A stretch of 64,000 bases of DNA. Source: an uncultured Bacteroidales bacterium (GTDB taxonomy: Bacteria > Bacteroidota > Bacteroidia > Bacteroidales > B18-G4). Below the pieces are notes generated by a model. The model was given only the letters and a program-made list of their open reading frames with translations, was not told the DNA's origin and ran no database searches. Positions 38,937 to 46,245 of the stretch are shown here, one piece after another; positions within the stretch are counted from its first letter, which is position 1; each line of letters starts with the position of its first letter. The position numbers were made by a program, and so were the translations under genes. The DNA lies in NCBI GenBank assembly GCA_964487735.1, contig CAZASJ010000001.1, positions 57,051 through 121,050 on the forward strand, in the 5' to 3' direction.

Positions 38937-39177
38937 CTCTTTTCTGATATCTTTATTCTGCATTATCAGTCCTACTAATAACTAATCACAGGATTTCATC
39001 ATTCAAAAAAGTTTTGGATGTTGGATTATTATCAATATTTGTAATCAGCTTGATGCTTTCATTGAAAGAATAAAGAAAGATACTAGAAGGTGATATTAGA
39101 ATGAAATAGAAGACTGAAGATCGCAGGACGGAAGATTGCAGAAGTATTTTGTAAATAAACTTCTTCTATCTTCTAAC

Positions 39178-39208
39178 ACAAACGCCCGCGCAAAGCGCGG
39201 GCGTTTGT
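39178..39208 (-). terminator. 13-bp perfect hairpin immediately 3' of tRNA-Leu
   Basis: ACAAACGCCCGCG caaag CGCGGGCGTTTGT starts 3 nt beyond the tRNA 3' end. There is no long U-run. Confidence 0.5.
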
Positions 39209-39210
39209 TG

Positions 39211-39293
39211 TACCCGGAGCCGGGGTCGAACCGGCACTTCCAAAGGAAACTGGTTTTTGAGACCAGCGCGTCTACCAATTCCGCCATCCGGGC
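39211..39293 (-). tRNA. tRNA-Leu (anticodon CAA)
   Basis: The reverse complement folds as a cloverleaf. Acceptor is GCCCGGA/UCCGGGU, anticodon stem CUGGU/ACCAG with loop CUCAAAA, a long variable arm, T-arm GCCGG UUCGACC CCGGC, and discriminator A. CCA is not encoded. Confidence 0.9.
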
Positions 39294-39305
39294 GAATTGA
39301 GTCGG

Positions 39306-39313
39306 CAAAGTTA
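39306..39313 (-). promoter_or_regulatory. Candidate -7 box (TAacTTTG on the minus strand) for tRNA-Leu
   Basis: Plus-strand CAAAGTTA lies 13 nt upstream of the mature tRNA 5' end. Confidence 0.45.
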
Positions 39314-39435
39314 TGAATTAAGTTCTATCCTACCAAAACCCATATTCGGTTAAAAAAAAACAACTTAAATCGAAAGGAGTGCTGTCCGGGGAATCGTTTC
39401 TGAGATTCGCTTACCAGAAGTCAGTAGTCAGAAAA

Positions 39436-39457
39436 GTTTTGGGTTTTGAGTTTTGAG
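39436..39457. repeat. GTTTTG(G/A)G tandem words
   Basis: GTTTTGGGTTTTGAGTTTTGAG. Confidence 0.8.
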
Positions 39458-39468
39458 TTAATTATGAA

Positions 39469-39576
39469 GTATCCAGTATCCAGCATCCAGTCCCGATTCC
39501 CGGTCCCCGGGATCGAGGATCCTCGAAAAACAATGAAATCAAAGATTTCTGGTTTTTCGGGATATCTAGCATCCAG
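39469..39576 (+). repeat. ATCCAG(T/C) tandem words flanking copy A of the 82-nt triple-hairpin element (core 39485-39566)
   Basis: 39485-39566 is 100% identical to 42076-42157. Identity extends to 92 nt with one mismatch. Confidence 0.95.
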
Positions 39577-39600
39577 TATCAGTGTATCAGTGCTTCAGCA

Positions 39601-39660
39601 CACCTTCGCCTGGGCTTCGGTGTGCGCGGTGTTCCAGTGTTTGCCCCGAGGACTCGGTGG
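39601..39660 (+). repeat. Hairpin word CACC-N14-GGTG (39601-39622) plus the CAGTGTTTGCCCCGAGGACTCGGTGG element, copy A (39635-39660)
   Basis: 25 of 26 positions are identical to 41915-41940. It contains the palindrome CCGAGgaCTCGG. Confidence 0.85.
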
Positions 39661-39738
39661 TTAAATTGCCAGATGCTTATTTATCCGCATACAATTGCGT
39701 TCATTGCAGAGGCTATTACTATGGCCGAATTAAAAAAT

Positions 39739-39762
39739 CCGGTAACCGGTAACCGGTAGCCG
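39739..39762. repeat. Tandem CCGGTAAC words
   Basis: CCGGTAACCGGTAACCGGTAGCCG, 19 nt downstream of the alpha-galactosidase stop. Confidence 0.8.
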
Positions 39763-39780
39763 TTCTCCAGTATCTATTTC

Positions 39781-41757
39781 CTATTCCTCCGGCGTCAACT
39801 TAAGCAAAACCACTCCATGATGTGGTACGGAAGCACCAAAGTGATCATTAAAGGTGCCTATGTCTTTTTGCGTCCAGACATTGCGGATTTTGTGTGTTCC
39901 GCTAATGCCAATTTGTTTGGCACCCACGGTAACATCTAACTTCTGCTCATCATTATCCCAGTTAAATGCTTCCTGTGGTGTATCTTTTCCAATATTAAAA
40001 ATCCCTACTGCCATGGAGCCGTCTTCAAGTTCTTTGGTCCACACCTGGTAGCGAACACCATCATACGCTTTCGTGGCCTGTTTTCCCAAAGCATCCTGGT
40101 TGATAGCAATCACTTCATTGTTCGTCAGCAGCCCCAGTGTAAAAGCATCCATTTGAGCAAGGTCACAGCCAAGCAAGAGTGGCGCTGAAAGCATGGCCCA
40201 CAAGCTTATATGTGTATATTGTTCGTTAGGCGTGAGCTTTGAGCTGCGAAGGTCCGGGCCCCAGCCAAGCTTACCAACCACAAGCATATCAGGATCGTTC
40301 CAATGTCCGGGCCCTGCATACGGTGCCAGTTCATTCTGTTGAAAACCAATTCCTGCCATACTTCTCCAGCTATCGGTTATATCGCCTGTTGTTCTCCACA
40401 GGTTACCACCAACTTCTTCACCCCATTTCCATACATCTCCGCGTCCATACTGACAAATGCTGTAAACAATATCACGCTTTACCTGATTCAGTTGTTCGCG
40501 GAAATAAATGTAGGGTTTTTGAAGTTCAGGAAGGCTTTGATCTTTTGCAATATCCTCATAATAACACCAGTCGTATTTAACATAATCGATGCCCCAGGCA
40601 GCCCATGTGCGTGCATCCAGCAATTCATGTTCATAGCTACCAAGATATCCTCCACAAGTCATCGGCCCGGGAGAGGAATAAATGCCTATTTTTAATCCCA
40701 TATTATGAATATCGGCAGCCAGTTGTTGCATGTCGGGGAACTTCTCATTTGAAAGGAGAAAACCTGCTTCATCTCTTTCAGAAGCTTCCCAACCATCATC
40801 AATATTGACATAGGTCCATCCATAATCAGCCAGGCCCATGGCGACCATGACCCTGGCAGCGATCTTCACTTTTTGCTGATCCACACTCAATCCCCAAACA
40901 TTCCATGAATTCCATCCCATTGGCGGAGTCAGTGCCAGGCCCTGTCCTACTATAATCTTGAATTTCTTCTGATCTTTCCCATGCTTGTTTTCAGCTATCA
41001 GGGTAACCTCATAGGTTCCATTTTCCGGTGTCTTTCCCCTGATCAGCCCTGTTTCTTCAAAAATATTCAGGCCTTTGGGCAATCCTGTTGCCTTGAACTT
41101 CATCGGGCGTTCTCCTGTTGCCGGGATCCTGTACAAAAATTGATTCCCGGCATTCGCACCAAATACAGAGGGGCCGTTAATGCGTGGCTCCCTGGGAGCA
41201 GGGGGCGTTTGTACATATGGACGCGGGCTGTAGGGATGAACTGCCTCGGGCACTGAATCATGCCAGAGAATCCTTACATTGACCCAATCGGCATGATCAT
41301 AATGTATACCATCATCTGCATCAGAAACATAAAGAGCAAGCTTTTTAATTCCTGCCAGACTAATATCAAATTCTTTGGCTTCATAGCCTTTTTTCATGCG
41401 CCCACTTTCCCATAGGATCTCTTGATCACCAAGGATGTAGAAAGCAACCGAAGCATTGTCTCCACTCTCATCATCCACACCACAAGCACCCTTAATGCGA
41501 TCTCCAAAACCTTTCAGGTCGATCATCATTTTACTTATAGCATGGGTTCCAACACCTCTCTTATAGCTCTTTCCGGCAATAGAAAGCCGATTGCTATCAC
41601 AACTATATCCTGCATGAGGTTTCGACCAATCCTGCTCCATCGTTGATAGGTCAGCAGCATCCAGCCAATAGGCAGTTTCTTTCTCAACACTGGGTATACC
41701 ATCTCCACATGATGCAAGGATCAATGCCATAAAAATGTATAAAATGTTGTTTTTCAT
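39781..41757 (-). CDS. GH27 alpha-galactosidase with an N-terminal NPCBM-like carbohydrate-binding module, lipoprotein
   Basis: ATG at 41757 gives MKNNILYIFMALILASC. The NPCBM-like region is SIAGKSYKRGVGTHA. GH27 blocks are TPPMGWNSWN, YVNIDDGW and DYVKYDWC. Confidence 0.85.
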   Translation of the reverse strand: MKNNILYIFMALILASCGDGIPSVEKETAYWLDAADLSTMEQDWSKPHAGYSCDSNRLSIAGKSYKRGVGTHAISKMMIDLKGFGDRIKGACGVDDESGDNASVAFYILGDQEILWESGRMKKGYEAKEFDISLAGIKKLALYVSDADDGIHYDHADWVNVRILWHDSVPEAVHPYSPRPYVQTPPAPREPRINGPSVFGANAGNQFLYRIPATGERPMKFKATGLPKGLNIFEETGLIRGKTPENGTYEVTLIAENKHGKDQKKFKIIVGQGLALTPPMGWNSWNVWGLSVDQQKVKIAARVMVAMGLADYGWTYVNIDDGWEASERDEAGFLLSNEKFPDMQQLAADIHNMGLKIGIYSSPGPMTCGGYLGSYEHELLDARTWAAWGIDYVKYDWCYYEDIAKDQSLPELQKPYIYFREQLNQVKRDIVYSICQYGRGDVWKWGEEVGGNLWRTTGDITDSWRSMAGIGFQQNELAPYAGPGHWNDPDMLVVGKLGWGPDLRSSKLTPNEQYTHISLWAMLSAPLLLGCDLAQMDAFTLGLLTNNEVIAINQDALGKQATKAYDGVRYQVWTKELEDGSMAVGIFNIGKDTPQEAFNWDNDEQKLDVTVGAKQIGISGTHKIRNVWTQKDIGTFNDHFGASVPHHGVVLLKLTPEE

Positions 41758-41858
41758 GATTGAAAATGTATGGTTAAAAGAAAGCGCAAGATAAGAAATT
41801 ATGAAGATATAAGTGGGTTTGATCTTCTGCAAACCTGATGACTTCACGGCTTCGCCCC

Positions 41859-41866
41859 CAAAACTA
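41859..41866 (-). promoter_or_regulatory. Candidate -7 box (TAgtTTTG on the minus strand) for the alpha-galactosidase gene
   Basis: Plus-strand CAAAACTA lies about 100 nt upstream of the ATG at 41757, at the inner edge of the repeat mosaic. Confidence 0.3.
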
Positions 41867-41867
41867 T

Positions 41868-41940
41868 ATCCAGCATCCAGCATCCTTTTCCAGTACTCCA
41901 ATGCTTCAGTGCTTCAGTGCTTGCCCCGAGGACTCGGTGG
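41868..41940 (+). repeat. ATCCAGC words, GTGCTTCA words and copy B of the CAGTGCTTGCCCCGAGGACTCGGTGG element (41915-41940)
   Basis: ATCCAGCATCCAGCATCC at 41868-41885, ATGCTTCAGTGCTTCAGTGCTT at 41901-41922, then the 26-nt element. Confidence 0.85.
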
Positions 41941-41957
41941 CTCCAGTGCTTTTTCAT

Positions 41958-42008
41958 CCACCGAAGCTTTAGCGTAGGTGGGCAGTGCTTGCGCCGAGGA
42001 ATAGTTGG
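41958..42008. repeat. CCACC-N14-GGTGG hairpin word (41958-41981) and a degenerate third copy of the CAGTGCTTGC(C/G)CCGAGGA element (41983-42008)
   Basis: CCACCGAAGCTTTAGCGTAGGTGG followed by CAGTGCTTGCGCCGAGGAATAGTTGG. Confidence 0.7.
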
Positions 42009-42024
42009 TAATGTGGGACGAGGA

Positions 42025-42167
42025 ACCAGAATACCAGAATACCAGAATACCAGTAGCCAGTGACCAGTATCCAGTATCCAGTCCCGATTCCCGGTCCCCG
42101 GGATCGAGGATCCTCGAAAAACAATGAAATCAAAGATTTCTGGTTTTTCGGGATATCCAGCATCCAG
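42025..42167 (+). repeat. ACCAGAAT x3 and CCAGT words leading into copy B of the 82-nt triple-hairpin element (core 42076-42157)
   Basis: ACCAGAATACCAGAATACCAGAATACCAGTAGCCAGTGACCAGTATCCAGTATCCAG, then 82 nt identical to 39485-39566. Confidence 0.95.
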
Positions 42168-42242
42168 CTATTAATTAATATTGTATACCCCTTATTTTAA
42201 AAAATATTTCACTTTTTTCTTGACTTTAGCAATTGATTACCA

Positions 42243-42250
42243 TACTTTTG
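42243..42250 (+). promoter_or_regulatory. Candidate -7 box (TActTTTG) for the 42325-45878 block
   Basis: Exact TAnnTTTG match 75 nt upstream of the ATG at 42325. Confidence 0.3.
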
Positions 42251-42324
42251 TATAGTTCAATTTTTTTAAAGTATATAATTTTTAAACCTAACAGATTAAT
42301 AAATTCAACTAATATTAAAAGACC

Positions 42325-43164
42325 ATGGAAGGATATTCAAATATAAAATGGAGACCAAGATGGAAGGTGTGGTTGCCGGCTGTTCTTTTCTTTATTCCCT
42401 TAATTCTGGAAACCCAGTTGTTCGGGACCTATTTTACGCCTTATGTATATGGCATTTTTACATTAATAATTGGATTTATTTACTACTTCCGCTTCAAACT
42501 CTGGCAGGCACCGGTGATCATGGGAATGACGAGCATCGCCATTTGGGGATATTTCCTGGCGGCAAGGCCTGATGAAGTTATGGAAACGATCAAGCTGCTG
42601 AATATTGATCCGGGTACCGGACTCACCATATGGATAAAGACCTATATAACGATGCCGGTATGGTTGGGAATCCTTTTCATCAATTTCATTCTTACTTATA
42701 CCCTTGGGCCTGTCCTGCTTAAAGCCTTGGATCTTGAAAGATCAGCCATTCGTCTTTTTAAACTGGCTGCCAGGCAGGTAACAAGTGAAACAAATGGTTT
42801 TACCGACCGGCCATTCAATGCCGGTAAACACAATACTGAGCGCAATCAAATTATTGGCCTGAGCTCATTTCTGGAAGGAAAGAAGATTTGTATTTCCGAG
42901 TTCTCAAATGAAGGCATCCGCTTCATTTTTTCAATGGGAATCAGTCCATTGAACCCTTCATACAGGGATAAACTTAGCTATGTTGCCTTTAGTGATAATG
43001 GAGACCTGAATATCTTCATTTCAGAAAATGATTATCGTCAATATAAAAAACAATATTCATTTGATCAATTATGTGAGATGATGGGCCATACCTTTTTAAG
43101 GTTTGCCGATCACTACATCAATAACAATGAACAACGTATAGTGACAGAATTAAAGTTTGTTTAA
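42325..43164 (+). CDS. Membrane protein, paralog 1 (about 4 TM helices plus an unknown 140-aa soluble domain)
   Basis: 279 aa. It shares NGFTDRP and ISENDY..Y.....FDQL motifs with the next gene. Family not recognised. Confidence 0.7.
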   Translation: MEGYSNIKWRPRWKVWLPAVLFFIPLILETQLFGTYFTPYVYGIFTLIIGFIYYFRFKLWQAPVIMGMTSIAIWGYFLAARPDEVMETIKLLNIDPGTGLTIWIKTYITMPVWLGILFINFILTYTLGPVLLKALDLERSAIRLFKLAARQVTSETNGFTDRPFNAGKHNTERNQIIGLSSFLEGKKICISEFSNEGIRFIFSMGISPLNPSYRDKLSYVAFSDNGDLNIFISENDYRQYKKQYSFDQLCEMMGHTFLRFADHYINNNEQRIVTELKFV

Positions 43165-43179
43165 CAAAAAATTCAACAC

Positions 43180-43983
43180 ATGAAACTTCGACCCGATTTT
43201 TCAATCAATGGCATAGGCCAGCCCATAATTTTGCTATTCATATTTGCCATATGCTGGGCTATATTCGGACCCTCCACAGCCATGTGGAGCTTTAGTGTTG
43301 GCTTTTTATTCTATGCCTTTCTCAGTCTTGCATACTTCCTTCGCACAGGCAATGTCTGGTTCATCGTAACCATGGTTTATCAGTCCACCATTGCATCCTT
43401 TGCTCTGTTGGCACCTAAATTAGGTCCATATGCCATCTCAAAAGAACAGTTTAAACCTTTGCTGTTGATCGTTATTTTAGAATTGGCAGTTTTGATCTAC
43501 ATTATGGCTACAAAGAAGCTCAAATGGCGTGGATTTGAAGTGCTTGAACTTGCCGCAAAAAAGGTGGAAGATGTAAGCAATGGATTTACCGACAGGCCCC
43601 GTCCGCTCGGAAAGATAAATGGCAGCAAATATGAAATTGAAGCCTTTGCCCGTTTTTTAAAGAGCCATTTAATAGCCTTCCCTGTTTCTGATGAAAACAA
43701 AACGGTGATCATGCCTATTATGATGGGAGAGGAATACATCATTCCGCTTGGGATTTCAAATGACTATTCCCGAAAAACACGTATTGAGATCACGCATAAA
43801 GGCAATGTTACTGCGCTTATTTCAAAAAATGATTACCTGAAATATGAGGAGGCCCTGGCATTTGATCAGCTTGTTGAATCCCTTGGACTTCTTTTTATGA
43901 ACTTTTTTGATCATTTTCAAAAAGGTGAATCTATGAGAATTTTGAGGGAAATAAACAAGATCAAGACAAGCCCCTTCAACTAA
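43180..43983 (+). CDS. Membrane protein, paralog 2
   Basis: 267 aa with the same architecture. Motifs are KKLKWRGFEVLELAAKKVEDVSNGFTDRP and ISKNDYLKYEEALAFDQL. Confidence 0.7.
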   Translation: MKLRPDFSINGIGQPIILLFIFAICWAIFGPSTAMWSFSVGFLFYAFLSLAYFLRTGNVWFIVTMVYQSTIASFALLAPKLGPYAISKEQFKPLLLIVILELAVLIYIMATKKLKWRGFEVLELAAKKVEDVSNGFTDRPRPLGKINGSKYEIEAFARFLKSHLIAFPVSDENKTVIMPIMMGEEYIIPLGISNDYSRKTRIEITHKGNVTALISKNDYLKYEEALAFDQLVESLGLLFMNFFDHFQKGESMRILREINKIKTSPFN

Positions 43984-43999
43984 TAATATTAGACTGGAT

Positions 44000-44362
44000 A
44001 TGTACTTTAACAGAAAACTACGACCACCGACACCGGGCACTGAAGACATCATTGGCATTCTTGTCGCCAGCAGCTTTTTACCCTTTCTATCGGGCCAGGT
44101 TTTTGCAACAATCATGATGAGCATGCTTGCTGTGCTCAGTATCAATGACAATAAATTCATGATTTTACTTGTCGCGGCGCTGATGGGCATTTCTTTTACG
44201 TTGGCTTTCTTATTTCCCTTTCAGCGAAAGCTCAAATGGCGTTCCAGGGAAATGCTGGAGCTGGCATTACAAGCTGTTCATGACCTAGTACATAAACGGT
44301 CAGTAAAACAAATTATGTATCGCTTAAATGCTTTAAACCTTAACATTATCACAGAAGGATAA
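44000..44362 (+). CDS. Truncated paralog 3 (membrane module and linker only)
   Basis: 120 aa. It has an N-terminal KLRP like paralog 2 and the linker RKLKWRSREMLELALQAV, then ends about 30 aa later. It could be a decayed copy or a stand-alone membrane module. Confidence 0.5.
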   Translation: MYFNRKLRPPTPGTEDIIGILVASSFLPFLSGQVFATIMMSMLAVLSINDNKFMILLVAALMGISFTLAFLFPFQRKLKWRSREMLELALQAVHDLVHKRSVKQIMYRLNALNLNIITEG

Positions 44363-44363
44363 A

Positions 44364-44900
44364 ATGGACTTTAAACGCGCAGCCATATTAGGATCCTATA
44401 TTTCCAAGGATTATGCCGAAGACCTGTTCAGGTTGCTGGTAACTTACCAGGATATCTCCGCATCTGAAGCAGCATCCAGACTGAGCCTGCACATTAAAAC
44501 AGTACAGGATTTTCTGGAAGCAATGGCCTCACTGGATATTTTATCGAAGCATGAGGTATCTGAGAAAAAAAGGCCTTATTTCCGCTATGCCCTGAAAACA
44601 CGCATGATTGAAATGAAGCTTGACCTAAATCCCCTATACAATATGCAGGAAAGCCAAAAAGAAGCGGGGGAAAGAATCAGGGAAAAAGCAAACGCAGGTG
44701 TGCGTTTTTCTACCTCCCGCGATGGCCAGTATATCAGTCATATTGCCATATGGGTGGGAAAAGGGCGGGATCGCAAAGAAAGAAGGATAAACCTTAGCAT
44801 TCCGCAAGGGAAATTTCTATTTCACCTACCCTTGCCGAGTGCAGAAGTACTCGACATAATTAAAGTAATGATGGAGTATGGGCTTATTGAGAGGGAATAG
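44364..44900 (+). CDS. Winged-helix (ArsR/MarR-like) DNA-binding protein with an unknown C-terminal half
   Basis: 178 aa. The ATG lies 1 nt after the previous stop. HTH-like ISASEAASRLSLHIKTVQDFLEAMASLDILSK followed by a wing-like KKRPYFRYAL. Confidence 0.55.
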   Translation: MDFKRAAILGSYISKDYAEDLFRLLVTYQDISASEAASRLSLHIKTVQDFLEAMASLDILSKHEVSEKKRPYFRYALKTRMIEMKLDLNPLYNMQESQKEAGERIREKANAGVRFSTSRDGQYISHIAIWVGKGRDRKERRINLSIPQGKFLFHLPLPSAEVLDIIKVMMEYGLIERE

Positions 44901-44999
44901 GATACTTGGAGTACTTGAAATGAAAGCGAATTAGCTATTGATCAGTTTAACATTAGTAATTTAATAACCGGCAGCTTTGCTGCCACCAAAACCGGAAAA

Positions 45000-45878
45000 A
45001 TGAAAAATTTAAGAACACTCAGCAGCTTTGGCTGGATCATGATCGCAGCCATTGCCATTTCCCTGGCGGGATGTGCCGTTAAAAAGGCTCCTTGGGGAAA
45101 CACGAAAAAGGGCATGACGATGAAATATCAAGCCCCTCCCGACAAAACCCTGAATTACAGGACCACCGCTTCATTTGAACAGGAAATGGAGGTAATGGAA
45201 AACAAAATCAGAATTACAGCCAATTCTGACCAGCTTTTGGAAATGATGCCCATTACCGATAAAAGCAATGATCTGGACTATATGGTCACCATTGCAGAAT
45301 TAGCTTCCAATATAACTACGCCCAAGGGGGATGTAGTGGCAAAAACGGAGGATGTGATCGGGAAATCTTTCAACCTGACCTTAAGCCAGTATGGTGAAGA
45401 ACTGGATTATTCAGGTGCTGAAAACATTATTTACGACTATGGTACGGGTGATACCAAAAGTATTTCAAGTGAAATACAAAGCTTTTTCCCCAACCTCCCA
45501 GGCTATTCTGTAAAACCAGGCGATAGCTGGGAAAGTACTGACAAAGTCACCGAAAAATCCAGTTCCGGAATCCTTAACATCGAATTTAACAATGTTAACA
45601 CCTTTGAAAAGATTGAAATCTACAAGGGTTACGATTGCATGAAGATCAATGTTGTATTTGATGGCATATTGGAAGGAACAGCCGAACAGGAAGGCATGCA
45701 ACTCATCACAAGTGGAACTATTGCCGGAACAGGGATCTGGTATTTTGCCTATAAGGAAGGACTCCTGATTGCTCAGGAATCTGCTGGTACAGGCATAACA
45801 AATACTGAAGTTAAAGGGCCACAGGAAATGACCCTTCCGGCCACCAGGGAATTTGTGATGAAGTCTTTTCTTGAATAG
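45000..45878 (+). CDS. Hypothetical lipoprotein (292 aa)
   Basis: Lipobox ISLAGC and a beta-rich mature part. No recognised motif. Confidence 0.6.
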   Translation: MKNLRTLSSFGWIMIAAIAISLAGCAVKKAPWGNTKKGMTMKYQAPPDKTLNYRTTASFEQEMEVMENKIRITANSDQLLEMMPITDKSNDLDYMVTIAELASNITTPKGDVVAKTEDVIGKSFNLTLSQYGEELDYSGAENIIYDYGTGDTKSISSEIQSFFPNLPGYSVKPGDSWESTDKVTEKSSSGILNIEFNNVNTFEKIEIYKGYDCMKINVVFDGILEGTAEQEGMQLITSGTIAGTGIWYFAYKEGLLIAQESAGTGITNTEVKGPQEMTLPATREFVMKSFLE

Positions 45879-45882
45879 CAAG

Positions 45883-46153
45883 GCTTCGGTGGACAATGTG
45901 GATACTGGTTTCAAAGCAAGCACAAAGATCAATTCATAATCACAGAGGTTCCGGGTACCAGGTACCGGGTACCGGGTTGATCATGCCATTTCAACTCCCT
46001 CCCTACCCGTAGGGAGGGCTGGGGTGGGTAATAAGGATTGGAATCCTGGTATTCTGGTTTCTAGATTCAATTCATAATCCATAACCCATAATCCTTTGGT
46101 TCCCCGTTCCCCGTCCCTCGTTCCCCGTCCCGGGTTTTGTAGAATCCATAATC
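45883..46153. repeat. Composite repeat mosaic between the lipoprotein gene and prs
   Basis: Contains GCTTCGGTGGAC (45883-45894), GGTACCGGG words (45947-45976), the palindrome CCCTCCCTACccGTAGGGAGGG (45997-46018), the reverse-orientation GGAATCCTGGTATTCTGGTTTC, CATAATCCATAACCCATAATCC (46066-46097) and GTTCCCCG words (46098-46134). Confidence 0.85.
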
Positions 46154-46203
46154 AACTCAAACACAGATGGGTTTTTTGATTTGCACGAATCAATTTTTCC
46201 ATG

Positions 46204-46211
46204 TACTTTTG
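46204..46211 (+). promoter_or_regulatory. Candidate -7 box (TActTTTG) for prs
   Basis: Exact TAnnTTTG match 35 nt upstream of the ATG at 46246. Confidence 0.35.
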
Positions 46212-46245
46212 CACGGATTTTCAGAACCTTAAACGCATTCGTTCC

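Noticed and set aside
39096-39308. 70-aa ORF on the minus strand.
   Set aside because: It overlaps the tRNA-Leu gene and its terminator hairpin. It is a translation of structural RNA sequence.
39446-39664. ORFs that read through repeat mosaics. The others are 41969-42163, 15706-15897 and 46072-46287.
   Set aside because: Their sequences are direct translations of the tandem words and the 82-nt element (for example SSIQSRFPVPGIEDPRKTMKSKISGFSGY). They have no coding periodicity beyond the repeat itself.
38878-39780. Integrase, transposase or att-site duplication next to tRNA-Leu.
   Set aside because: There is no ORF with recombinase motifs anywhere from 38.9 to 46.2 kb. I saw no repeat of the tRNA 3' end. 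The island idea is kept only as a low-confidence finding.
41758-41901. 48-codon N-terminal extension of the alpha-galactosidase ORF.
   Set aside because: The extension reads into repeat DNA. The internal ATG at 41757 gives a canonical lipoprotein signal peptide (MKNNILYIFMALILASC), and a candidate -7 box lies within the extension.
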